From a bacterium (GTDB lineage Bacteria; Hinthialibacterota; Hinthialibacteria; Hinthialibacterales; Hinthialibacteraceae), in NCBI GenBank assembly GCA_963663405.2, contig CAXXSM010000132.1:64001-128000 (forward strand): a stretch of DNA of 64,000 bases. Reading direction: 5' to 3'. The number at the start of each line of letters is the position of its first letter. The first letter of the stretch is position 1. This document shows, one piece after another, positions 10,184-19,253 of this stretch. The notes under the pieces are model-generated. The model saw nothing but the letters and a program-made list of their open reading frames with translations. It searched no databases and was not told the origin of the DNA. A program made the position numbers and the translations under genes.

Positions 10184-11468
10184 ACCGCGCAAAAGTCCAG
10201 CCGTCGCGCTGGTGGATTGCAACAATTTCTACGTCTCCTGCGAGCGTGTGTTCAACCTCAAATTGGAGAACAAGCCGGTTATTGTGCTCTCCAATAACGA
10301 TGGCTGCGTCATCGCCCGCTCGAACGAAGCGAAAGCGCTGGGATTGAAGGTGGGCGATCCATTTTTTAAGGTCCTCCCATTCGTTCGCAAGGCGGGGATG
10401 AGTTACTACTCCTCCAATTATGCGCTTTATGCGGATATGTCCGCGCGGGTGATGGCGGCGCTCTCTCATTTCACCCCCCGCCTGGAGATTTATTCCATCG
10501 ATGAAGCCTTCCTGGACCTGGCCGGCGTGAAGGAGCCTTCGTTGACCGAGTACGCCCGGCGGATTCGCTCGACCGTGCGGCGCTGGACCGGCATCCCCGT
10601 ATCTGTGGGGATCGCGGAGACCAAAACCCTCGCCAAGATCGCCAACCGCCTCGCCAAAAAATACCCCCATCTGAACGGCGTGCTCGATCTGCGTGGGATG
10701 CCGGAGCCGGAACGGACGCTCTCGCTGGTGGATGTAAAAGACGTATGGGGGATCGGCCATCGCCACACCGCCCGCCTTCAGCGTCACGGAATTTTCAACG
10801 CCTGGCAGCTGCGCAACGCCGATGACGCATGGATTCAGAAACAGATGGGAATCGTGGGATTACGCTTGATTCATGAACTGCGGGCCATCCCCTGTTTAGC
10901 GTTGGATCTCTGCCCGGCTCCCAAGAAAGGGATCACCTGTTCCCGCTCGTTCGGGAACCCTGTCGAATCGCTCACCGATCTCAAACAGGCGGCCGCCACG
11001 TTCACCACCCGCGCGGCGGAAAAACTGCGCGGCCAGCGCTCGTTGACGAAAACGATCACCGTCTTCCTGATGACCAATCCGTTCAAGAACGATCCCCAGT
11101 ATTACAACTCCATCTGGATCGATCTCCCCGTCGCGACGTCCTGCACGGGCGAATTGATCCGCTATGCCACACGGGGCGTCGAAGCGATCTACCGGCCGGG
11201 ATACAAGTACAAGAAAACAGGCGTCATGTTCGCCGAGATCGTGCCCGGCGAGTGCTACCAGGCCAATTTCTTCGATGAAGAAAACCGCCCCCGCGACCAA
11301 CGTCTCATGCGTGTCCTAGACCACATCAACACCCGCATGGGCCCCGGCGCGTTAAAATACGCCGCCGCAGGAATCAAACCCCGCTGGAAAATGCGCCAAG
11401 AATACCGCTCCCCCCGCTATACAACCCGCTGGGAGCATCTCCCTATCGTATTGGCGTTTTTGAGGTGA
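10164..11468 (+). CDS. umuC: DNA polymerase V subunit UmuC (Y-family)
   Basis: [24 protein letters not shown]-terminal [16 protein letters not shown]. Confidence 0.95.
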   Translation: MSSTLCKPRKSPAVALVDCNNFYVSCERVFNLKLENKPVIVLSNNDGCVIARSNEAKALGLKVGDPFFKVLPFVRKAGMSYYSSNYALYADMSARVMAALSHFTPRLEIYSIDEAFLDLAGVKEPSLTEYARRIRSTVRRWTGIPVSVGIAETKTLAKIANRLAKKYPHLNGVLDLRGMPEPERTLSLVDVKDVWGIGHRHTARLQRHGIFNAWQLRNADDAWIQKQMGIVGLRLIHELRAIPCLALDLCPAPKKGITCSRSFGNPVESLTDLKQAAATFTTRAAEKLRGQRSLTKTITVFLMTNPFKNDPQYYNSIWIDLPVATSCTGELIRYATRGVEAIYRPGYKYKKTGVMFAEIVPGECYQANFFDEENRPRDQRLMRVLDHINTRMGPGALKYAAAGIKPRWKMRQEYRSPRYTTRWEHLPIVLAFLR

Positions 11469-11661
11469 GGGGGGCTTATATGGTCTCAGATAAAAGTTAA
11501 AACATCTAACCATTTTTTAAATCATGAATGGTCGATTCGTGAGCGTCAAGATTGGATATTATATGAATGGCTTAATTTTTCATAGACAACAAATAACCGT
11601 CGTGCAGCGTATTTTGAAGAAACAATATATAAAAAAACAATCGATATATTTATTTTTTTTC

Positions 11662-11691
11662 TTGACTTTCCAGGGAATGTGTCATAAGTTC
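11662..11691 (+). promoter_or_regulatory. Sigma70-like promoter, copy 1 of a duplicated motif
   Basis: TTGACT-17-TAAGTT; AATGTGTCATAAGTTC also present at 13151-13166. Confidence 0.55.
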
Positions 11692-11736
11692 TAGTAAATA
11701 TTTTATTGTACATCAATATAATAGGAATGAAACAAC

Positions 11737-12945
11737 ATGGGTCAATGGAAGGAACAGTTAATTAGAGGTTATTTTGATATAGGTGAAAAATATGTGTGTG
11801 AAAACTGCTTTGATGATTATGCCATCAAAGAATTCATAGTTGAAAATGCAGTAAAAAAACATTGTGACTATTGTGGTTTATCATCTAATAAAAAAATATC
11901 AGCTCCAATAGATGATGTCCTTTCTTTTATAATGGATGGAATTTATTCAGGATGGAGTGATCCAGGAGATGAAGGTGTTCCATGGGAATCAAGGGAAGGC
12001 GGATGGCAAGGATATGTGATAGATTCTTATGATTTAATAAGAGATCAATGGATCGTTCCAACAGAAAACGAAGAAATACTTGAAGATATTACAAATGCAA
12101 TCGCAGAGATGCAGTGGTGTAGAAAAAACTTTTATCAACTTCCACTTGATGATGCACTTATATTTGGGTGGGAACGATTTTCCAAAAAAGTGAAACATTC
12201 AACCAGATATGTATTCTTTCAAGCAAGAGATGAATCAAATACATATGAAGATCCTGATGATATTCCCACTTATGCAATGCTTGAGAAACTAGAAAATATT
12301 ATTTCCGAAGCAAATTTAATAAAAAATATCAATAAAGGGAAAAAAATATTTCGGGTAAGAATTCATAATCCGAGTGAGATATTCAACACAGCAAAAGACC
12401 TCGGAACTCCAAAGTTAGTGTATGCAAAATTCTCAAACAGAATGAGTCCTGCAGGAATACCTATGTTTTATGGAGCATTTTCCATAAAAACAGCAATTGC
12501 TGAAACGTTCGAAAAGGGACACAAAGAGCCCAAAGTTGCTACAATAGCAACTTTTAAAACGACGAAGAACTTAAAAATTCTCGATTTAACGAACCTTCCA
12601 GATATACCTAGTATATTCGATCCCGAAAAACGAAATATTCGTTCAGGTATAATTTTCTTACATTCTTTTGTTATAGATGTAAGCAAACCAATAATCAAAG
12701 ATGGAAAGGAACATATAGAATATGTACCAACACAGATTTTTACTGAATATTTTAGGCATATTTTTGTAGATAAAGATAATGACAATATCAATGGTATTTT
12801 TTTTAACAGTTCTAAAGACAGCGATGGTGTATCATGTGTACTGTTTTTTGAGAATAAAAATTGTTGTGATTCACCAGACGCTACGAAATCAGATTGCTAC
12901 CTCGAGCTAGTTAAAACAGAAAGGAAAAATCTAAATACAAAATAA
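11737..12945 (+). CDS. HEPN-associated N-terminal domain + RES domain protein
   Basis: N-terminal CxxC...CxxC and VPWESREGGWQG; RES motifs FRVR, NRMSPAGIPMFY, AET, EYVPTQIFTEY, NSSK; very AT-rich. Confidence 0.85.
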   Translation: MGQWKEQLIRGYFDIGEKYVCENCFDDYAIKEFIVENAVKKHCDYCGLSSNKKISAPIDDVLSFIMDGIYSGWSDPGDEGVPWESREGGWQGYVIDSYDLIRDQWIVPTENEEILEDITNAIAEMQWCRKNFYQLPLDDALIFGWERFSKKVKHSTRYVFFQARDESNTYEDPDDIPTYAMLEKLENIISEANLIKNINKGKKIFRVRIHNPSEIFNTAKDLGTPKLVYAKFSNRMSPAGIPMFYGAFSIKTAIAETFEKGHKEPKVATIATFKTTKNLKILDLTNLPDIPSIFDPEKRNIRSGIIFLHSFVIDVSKPIIKDGKEHIEYVPTQIFTEYFRHIFVDKDNDNINGIFFNSSKDSDGVSCVLFFENKNCCDSPDATKSDCYLELVKTERKNLNTK

Positions 12946-12970
12946 TCAATAAAAAATTTATTCGGTGGGT

Positions 12971-13002
12971 GGCAAAGGCAAGGTTTTTTTTCTGCCTTTG
13001 CC
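12971..13002 (+). repeat. Hairpin (terminator or REP-like)
   Basis: GGCAAAGGCA...TGCCTTTGCC 10-bp perfect inverted repeat. Confidence 0.55.
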
Positions 13003-13136
13003 TTATTCAAAACCACATTCGTATCATATCGTTCCAGCATTTCCCCAATCCATCCTCAAATCGACGTCATTTCATTCATAAAGGAAAATAATGAAATAAA
13101 TCAGATAGAAAACCAGTAGATATAATTAAATATGTC

Positions 13137-13195
13137 TTTACATACGAGAAAATGTGTCATAAGTTCCATTAAACTTTGAATAACTTGTTCTATGT
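13137..13195 (+). promoter_or_regulatory. Promoter (Pc-like) and candidate attI/first crossover site
   Basis: TTTACA-17-TAAGTT, then G|TTCTATGT at 13187, exactly complementary to ACATAGAAC at 13452-13460. Confidence 0.55.
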
Positions 13196-13210
13196 AAGAG
13201 GATAAAAATA

Positions 13211-13441
13211 ATGAATCCAGATGACTTTGTAACTATCGCTACCGGCAGCAGCGTTCAAGCCGACCAGATGAAAATGTATCTTGAGAGCGAAGGCATTACC
13301 GTCTTCCTGCACGGCCAGTTTTTCGGCACGGCGGCTCCACATCTTGCGGCGCCTGGCGGCGCCGGCGCTGTCCGAGTCCAAGTCCCCAAATCCCAGGAAA
13401 GGCAGGCGAGGCTTTTGCTCGATCGAGGAGACAACACGTGA
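13211..13441 (+). CDS. DUF2007-like small protein (cassette 1)
   Basis: QADQMKMYLESEGI...GAVRVQVP..QE.QAR.LL; GAGG RBS. Confidence 0.75.
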   Translation: MNPDDFVTIATGSSVQADQMKMYLESEGITVFLHGQFFGTAAPHLAAPGGAGAVRVQVPKSQERQARLLLDRGDNT

Positions 13442-13453
13442 CAATTGATGGAC

Positions 13454-13516
13454 ATAGAACCATAAGGTGAAGGCTATCAGCACATTTCACGCCGAAGCCT
13501 CACTTTCACGTTATCT
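13454..13516 (+). mobile_element. attC site 1
   Basis: ATAGAAC-N5-GGTGAAGGCT...AGCCTCACT-N5-GTTATCT; L'' has one extra base relative to L'. Confidence 0.7.
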
Positions 13517-13542
13517 CGACTCAATCATCATCAAAGGCAGTT

Positions 13543-14130
13543 ATGAATATCATCAAAGCCATAGGAACAGTATTCGCCGCCACATTGATCGTAACAGGTG
13601 TCATCATCTGGGCGCTGAAGACCTATGGTTTTCGAAGTGTTTCATTTGCTCTGCTGGCCAATTTCATGCTCCTTGATTGGATCGCTGTGGTCTCCCTCCT
13701 TATAAGTGAGGAACGGCGTTTTTACTTGCCCCAGAAATACTACAAAGCCAAACCATTAGAAAAAAATGGCCGGATATATAGATACGCAGGGGTACACTAT
13801 TTCAAAAAGCTGGTAGCTAAGGGATTTCTGGCCAATCTGGCCTCTATACGCTTTGACGGTAAACGCTCGCGTATTGACAGTTATTACCGCGAAACTCAAT
13901 GGGGCGAACTGCTGCATTTATTTATGTTTGTGATGATTAGCCTTTTAGCGCTTTATGCGCTTGTCCAAAGGTGGTATGACGCAATACTTTACTTGATGGT
14001 CTTTAACATCCTGCTCAACGGCTATCCTGTTTTGCTGCAACGATACAATCGCTTCCGCTTAGAGAAGGTCATACAGTTACGGGATTCCAGGAAATTAAAG
14101 ACATCCGATAATTTGAGTGACATATGCTAA
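13543..14130 (+). CDS. CrtO-like (glycosyl-4,4'-diaponeurosporenoate acyltransferase family) membrane protein (cassette 2)
   Basis: E.NGRIY...GV..FKK, ETQWGELLH, NGYPVLLQRYNRFRL; several TM segments. Confidence 0.75.
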   Translation: MNIIKAIGTVFAATLIVTGVIIWALKTYGFRSVSFALLANFMLLDWIAVVSLLISEERRFYLPQKYYKAKPLEKNGRIYRYAGVHYFKKLVAKGFLANLASIRFDGKRSRIDSYYRETQWGELLHLFMFVMISLLALYALVQRWYDAILYLMVFNILLNGYPVLLQRYNRFRLEKVIQLRDSRKLKTSDNLSDIC

Positions 14131-14195
14131 CACGCTGGTTCTAGGGCTTTCGTATCTCGATCTCGTACCTCGACCCTAGACCAGCGGCGTTCTCA
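14125..14195 (+). mobile_element. attC site 2
   Basis: TGCTAAC (contains the stop codon)-N5-GGTTCTAGGG...CCCTAGACC-N6-GTTCTCA; extrahelical T. Confidence 0.75.
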
Positions 14196-14220
14196 TAAAC
14201 TAAAAAGAAAAAAGATACCC

Positions 14221-14772
14221 ATGTTACCAATGTTTCTACGACGATGGATTCATGATCTCAATGAGAAGCGAAGGATCGTCTGTGACGCGAGATTTAAAAT
14301 TAGTGCGCTGATTGGCAGTGACTCTGTCATTGAGATCGGGTGTGGGTTCGGGCCGAATACCAATTACATCCAAGGCGCCTATCTTGGGATAGATAGCAAT
14401 CCAGACGCCATCCAGGAGGCAAAAAGGCGCTATCCAACAAAGGATTTCCTTTGTAAAGACGTAATGGCAGTCAAAGAAGAGGCTTCCGGATACAATACCG
14501 CTCTCTTCTGCGCTGTGCTGCATGAAATACCGGATTACAAAGGCGCATTGAACGCGGTCATACGCGCCGGCGTTCGCCGTATTCTCATATGCGATTACGA
14601 TCCCGAATTAGGGGGCTGGCTCCGATTTTGGATGGATCGATTCGAACCAGAGGCTAAAAGATGGTGGGGCTGTCAACCAGATCTGTTTCTTCCGGAATCG
14701 GAATGGTCCCTTCGGATGGGACAGATCACCCGTTCACTTCTTTGGTGGGAATTCAGAAAAAGATTACAATGA
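14221..14772 (+). CDS. Class I SAM-dependent methyltransferase (cassette 3)
   Basis: VIEIGCGFG, YLGID, VLHEI. Confidence 0.8.
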   Translation: MLPMFLRRWIHDLNEKRRIVCDARFKISALIGSDSVIEIGCGFGPNTNYIQGAYLGIDSNPDAIQEAKRRYPTKDFLCKDVMAVKEEASGYNTALFCAVLHEIPDYKGALNAVIRAGVRRILICDYDPELGGWLRFWMDRFEPEAKRWWGCQPDLFLPESEWSLRMGQITRSLLWWEFRKRLQ

Positions 14773-14933
14773 ATTGAGGACCAGGAGGCGAGTTTTAAGA
14801 AAGAAATATTATAACAATACAATGAATGCTCTTGCGATTAAAAAAAGTGGTTATTCTTCTTGACTCCAATGCTTAGATATGTGAGTATTTTGTTGGAATA
14901 TTCAAATTTCTGAAATTAATGCAAAAGGAGGAA

Positions 14934-15983
14934 ATGATGAAAAAGATTTTGTTATTCGCAAGTCTCATGATGATTGTCGCAGTATCGACTTCGCTGTGCC
15001 AAGATGTGGCCGAGGTAAGAACCTATAATGTCAACCGTGTCCCTGGCGATCCACCTGTCATCGATGGAGAATGGACGGAAGAGGAATGGGCTGGATCGGA
15101 GTGGTCCGGTGATTTTTATGGAACGAGGCATAGTTATAATGACGCTTCGTTATGGGGCGAAGTACTGGATATAGGTTATCAATGGCGAGCGTTGTGGGAT
15201 GACGATCAAGTGTATATTCTGATCATTATGCCTATGTTGTATATCAATCCAAATGGTTTGGTGTGGCCAGAAGATTTAGTCGACGCTCTGGTGGCGGATG
15301 ATGTGGGATATGCTGGTTGGGGAAATGGGCAATGTCTTAATGTTGAATTCTTTGTAACGCCTAACTGGCCTACATTTGTCGAATGGGGAGAACTGAATGA
15401 AGTCGGTACAGATCCTCCGAATTATCATTTCGCTTATTTCCCGCTCTTAGCCGACATCGATGAATCCGGCACAGAATGGGCTCCTAGCAATTTTGGTGTC
15501 CGAGGCGCTGAAGGACCGCCGTTTTTCGCTACATCTCACGATCTCCCAGGAGATTGGCTTCCAATCACAGATCCTGCGGCCGCTGAAGACGCCGGTGTCT
15601 TGCCGTTCCAATTGGCTGCGCTTCCTCATTTAATTGAAGGCGCCGTGGCAGGGGAAGAAATCGTAGGCATTCCTGCTATGGAATTAGCGGTCCCTTATAC
15701 ATCATTGAGTTTTGAAGGCTCCCCTGATATTACGGATATTTTAGATACCCCTGTTGACTTAGAGCCTTTAGTCTTAGTCCCTGATGAAGATGGTAAGTAT
15801 GTAAATGTGGGGGATGAATGGTTATTTAATTGGTGCTGCTACATAGATGGAGCCCGCCTTGAAAAACAAGGTCTTGGACTGGCCAATTGGAATGATATGG
15901 GAGAGGGTGGTTTTCATAACGCTCCTCGTGGTATTTTAATATTCGCCGAAGGAACCGCTGTAGCAAGTTGGATGATGTATTAG
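14934..15983 (+). CDS. Secreted acidic CBM9/DOMON-like protein with C-terminal VxxWxMY motif
   Basis: Signal peptide; PPVIDG...EW, ALWDDD.VY, ELAVPY; AGGAGG RBS. Confidence 0.75.
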   Translation: MMKKILLFASLMMIVAVSTSLCQDVAEVRTYNVNRVPGDPPVIDGEWTEEEWAGSEWSGDFYGTRHSYNDASLWGEVLDIGYQWRALWDDDQVYILIIMPMLYINPNGLVWPEDLVDALVADDVGYAGWGNGQCLNVEFFVTPNWPTFVEWGELNEVGTDPPNYHFAYFPLLADIDESGTEWAPSNFGVRGAEGPPFFATSHDLPGDWLPITDPAAAEDAGVLPFQLAALPHLIEGAVAGEEIVGIPAMELAVPYTSLSFEGSPDITDILDTPVDLEPLVLVPDEDGKYVNVGDEWLFNWCCYIDGARLEKQGLGLANWNDMGEGGFHNAPRGILIFAEGTAVASWMMY

Positions 15984-16014
15984 AATATTTTTCAATCCGA
16001 GATAAAAAAGAAGG

Positions 16015-16042
16015 TCCGGTCATTTTGGCCGGATTTTTTTTT
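16015..16042 (+). terminator. Intrinsic terminator
   Basis: TCCGGTCA-TTT-TGGCCGGA followed by a T run. Confidence 0.7.
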
Positions 16043-16334
16043 ATCGAAAGTCAGTGAGACACGCAAAGTATAGGCGCAGAGAGGGTGATATTGGCGGCTT
16101 GGAATTTTATCGTTGTGCTCAGATAAATGGATTTCATTTAATGATCTACAACATACATATACTGAGCGCGGGCATAGTCTGAGCTTTTCAATCCATATTT
16201 TGCTACTATTGCATAATTTCCGGGACGTAGCCAGGGCAGAAAAAAGCCTTGCCCTGGGCGCCCGCGTCCCACTCTTCTCTTTGATCCATCGTGATACAAT
16301 TTCTTGAAGAACTAACACTTGAGAGAATCCACAC

Positions 16335-17024
16335 ATGAATCGGATCGTAATCTGCGCCGCTCTTCCTGATGAAGTCCGTTTCCTGCGCCGCTGGCTGCGG
16401 GATGGAATACGTTCCATCGATAAGAAACTCTCTATTGAGATTCTTGTATCCGGCGTTGGGCGTGAACGTATGAAACGAACTCTTGATTCAACTCCGTATG
16501 ATTCAGTTTCATGTTGGCTCTCCGTGGGCTATTCCGGCGCGTTAATTCCAGACTTAAAAGTGGGAGACTGCCTGCAAGGATCAACGATCCTCACAGCGAA
16601 TGGCGCTCGAATTCAACCAGAATGTCCCGCCATTCACTCCTTCCAAGAAAGCCGGCGCGCGTTGCTCTGTTCGGATATTATCCTCTCCACGCCTACCCAA
16701 AAACATCAGTATCATGAGAAGACCAGCGCCGACGTCGTCGATATGGAATCCGCCGCTGTCGCTGAACACGCCTTGGCCCGTGGGGAAGCGTTCGCATGGA
16801 TTCGGATTGTGTCCGATACAGTGGAGGAATTATTGCCCCTCGAATTGACGCATTGTGTCAATCAAGACGGATTCCCCAGCCCTTTGGCGGGTATCCGGAC
16901 ATTACTTGGCGCCCCTCGCCTGCTGCCAGTGATGCTGCGGATGGCGGCTCGAAACACTCGTCTTGGCAAAAGCCTGGCGCGGGCGATCCTGGAAACGCTT
17001 GAAGGTTTTGAGGCGCCTAAATGA
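16335..17024 (+). CDS. Nucleoside phosphorylase family (MTA/SAH nucleosidase or HpnG-like)
   Basis: ICAALPDE, SGVG, SVGYSGAL, VVDMESAAVA, IRIVSD. Confidence 0.85.
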   Translation: MNRIVICAALPDEVRFLRRWLRDGIRSIDKKLSIEILVSGVGRERMKRTLDSTPYDSVSCWLSVGYSGALIPDLKVGDCLQGSTILTANGARIQPECPAIHSFQESRRALLCSDIILSTPTQKHQYHEKTSADVVDMESAAVAEHALARGEAFAWIRIVSDTVEELLPLELTHCVNQDGFPSPLAGIRTLLGAPRLLPVMLRMAARNTRLGKSLARAILETLEGFEAPK

Positions 17025-18120
17025 GATCGGCGAATTCACGATGGCAGCGTGTGAACGTCCAATATCCAAGGATGAACGTTACTAGCGAAATCGCGCCAAA
17101 CGCAATCCATCGACCGATCCCCGGCCAAATTCCATGCAGGACCAGATCGTGATGGATTACGATCATGTAGGTGATCGGGTTGGAATAGATTAACGGCAGA
17201 AAGGAATCGGGGACCATTTCGATAGGATACAACATCGGTGTCGACCACATCATGAGCATCGTTCCAATGGAAACCAACGGTCCGATATCTCTCAGATATG
17301 TGTTTAAGGTGGCGAACAATAAACCCGCGCCTAAGAAAAAGATCATCTCCAATACTAAAACCAGCGGCAACGCAACCAACGTCAGCTGCAGGCTCCCATA
17401 ATAACCGAGTAGGACGATGAGAAAAATTCCCGTCCCGATCAGCTGATTGGTGATACTCGACAGTGTCAGATACGTGGGAATAACCTTGGCGGGGAACCGC
17501 ACTTGTTTGATCAAATGCGCGTTATCAATAATGCAGGTCGTGGATCGCACCAGCGATTCCTGAAAAGCGTACCAGGGCAGGAGGCCGGTGAAAATATAGA
17601 AGGCAAACGCGAAAATTCCACTCTCGGGGACTGCGCGATCGAGATCGTTGGCTCCCAGCGCCGCATTGAGAATCTCCCTGGCGGTTGGATTCTCCCAACG
17701 CAGCGTTACTGTGGGAGAAGCCTCCTTCCCCAGCTCCAGGTCGAAATGCAGATCGCATTTTTTCTCCAGCGTTTTTATGACTTCTGAAAGGTCCGCGTGG
17801 TTAAATTCGATCCATCCGGGAAAACGTGTGTTCAATAGTTCTTCTATATTCTCGGGGAGTGGGGGTTGTGAGGAATTCTCTGCTGCGGGGAAAATACGAA
17901 TCGTGTTTTCATGGATCAATCCCCGGTGCTCGTATTTGGCTTTCAGAATCACACCGAATACGAATGTATAGACGATCAGTAATACCAATGGATTGATCAC
18001 GGACCAGAAAAAACCCATCGCCGATCCGATGTAACGCGCCTGCAGATCCCGCCGTAGAAATTCCCACAGCAGATGACGGTGAAATAGAATATGTCCAATT
18101 CGCTCTTTCATATAAACCAT
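17017..18120 (-). CDS. wzm: ABC-2 polysaccharide export permease (Wzm-like) with inserted STN-like domain
   Basis: RRDLQARYIGSAMGFFWSVINP, GLLPW..F, LIKQVRFP, YLRD, TPMLYP, NPITY, EFADLI; about 100-aa insertion after TM1. Confidence 0.85.
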   Translation of the reverse strand: MVYMKERIGHILFHRHLLWEFLRRDLQARYIGSAMGFFWSVINPLVLLIVYTFVFGVILKAKYEHRGLIHENTIRIFPAAENSSQPPLPENIEELLNTRFPGWIEFNHADLSEVIKTLEKKCDLHFDLELGKEASPTVTLRWENPTAREILNAALGANDLDRAVPESGIFAFAFYIFTGLLPWYAFQESLVRSTTCIIDNAHLIKQVRFPAKVIPTYLTLSSITNQLIGTGIFLIVLLGYYGSLQLTLVALPLVLVLEMIFFLGAGLLFATLNTYLRDIGPLVSIGTMLMMWSTPMLYPIEMVPDSFLPLIYSNPITYMIVIHHDLVLHGIWPGIGRWIAFGAISLVTFILGYWTFTRCHREFADLI

Positions 18121-18350
18121 CTTGATTGAGATCACAACCTGCAAATGAAAATGAGTCGCGAGAGTAATTACGAACGAGCAAGTCTCGGAGACTCATTTTC
18201 ATATAAAAACTTCGTAATTCAAAATCAACGGACAGATAAACCGGATCGTATTATACTCCGTTCTAAAAAAAATATCCCCCGCTTGGCAAGTAATACCCGC
18301 GCCGCGCAGGGGATTTGAATGGTTTTCCTTGAATATGGAAACGAGAACGC

Positions 18351-18815
18351 TTATTTCTTGAACCAAGTTCTCGGATTCAATCTGGATAGTATCGAACCAA
18401 AGCGATTCTCACCAATGTGAGTCTCTTTCAAAGCGGACCAGACGGCGTCCAATAACTGTTTTCCAACGACTGGGCGGTTACTTATTTTATAGATCTCATC
18501 TCGATGCTCAACGTTTTCCGGCGGAGTTGAATAAATCAGAATAAACTTGCATCGAACCGCTACTCCTTTCAGCAGCCAAATCAGATACGTTGGATTGGGG
18601 ATCTCTTCCGACTGACCCAGAATGTAAAGGTCGTAATGACAGGATTGGGCGTGATCCCACAGATCTAGATCGTTCTGTGCGATATCGGCTATTACACCTA
18701 GATTATCCGCAATTTGGTTTACAAGTTCCGCTTCTCCGGCTTGTAATCCTAAAGCTAATATTCTTTTTTTTGTTGTATTATCATTTGGCGCGATCATGGG
18801 TCTGTCCTTTCTCAA
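18351..18815 (-). CDS. Hypothetical protein, degenerate receiver-like fold
   Basis: RILAL...YDLYIL...FILIYS...RPV...LLDAV pattern. Confidence 0.55.
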   Translation of the reverse strand: MRKDRPMIAPNDNTTKKRILALGLQAGEAELVNQIADNLGVIADIAQNDLDLWDHAQSCHYDLYILGQSEEIPNPTYLIWLLKGVAVRCKFILIYSTPPENVEHRDEIYKISNRPVVGKQLLDAVWSALKETHIGENRFGSILSRLNPRTWFKK

Positions 18816-18830
18816 TCAGGATTAAAACAA

Positions 18831-19253
18831 CTACAAGGTGATATCATTACAACGAGTCATTTGATTGGTTTCACGGTCGATCGCGTGGAATAATTTTTCA
18901 CAAAAAATGTATAGATCGTTTTCTTTATCAATCGCTACAAAATCTACGGCGCCCGCGTCTAATAGTTTAGTACGCAGTTCATCGTCCTCCATTTCATGAA
19001 TGACAATGACGGGAACATGGGGATACTTTTTTTTGATTTTTCTCAAAGAAGAAAGTCGAGAACCGTCAGGGAGCGATGAATTCATTACAATCAAATCTAA
19101 CGAGAAGATGGTTGGATTATTGATCGAGTCGCTTAGGAATCGATGCCAGATCAGGTTATAGTTTTTTGATACGGAACACAAAAAATCATGAATGACAAAC
19201 ATCCCTTGAGGATTATTTTCAATCAGCAGAATATTGATTCCTGTTTTATTCAT
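18831..19253 (-). CDS. Single-domain pseudo-receiver
   Basis: NILLIENN, DLIVMNSSLPD (phospho-Asp replaced by Asn), PVIVI, GAVDFV. Confidence 0.75.
   Translation of the reverse strand: MNKTGINILLIENNPQGMFVIHDFLCSVSKNYNLIWHRFLSDSINNPTIFSLDLIVMNSSLPDGSRLSSLRKIKKKYPHVPVIVIHEMEDDELRTKLLDAGAVDFVAIDKENDLYIFCEKLFHAIDRETNQMTRCNDITL

Noticed and set aside
9704-11300. Long antisense ORFs over umuDC, and similar shadow ORFs elsewhere
   Set aside because: Explained by codon bias of GC-rich genes on the opposite strand; no motifs or RBS.
11737-13010. RES gene as an additional integron cassette
   Set aside because: The downstream hairpin lacks AAC/GTT core spacing and an extrahelical base.
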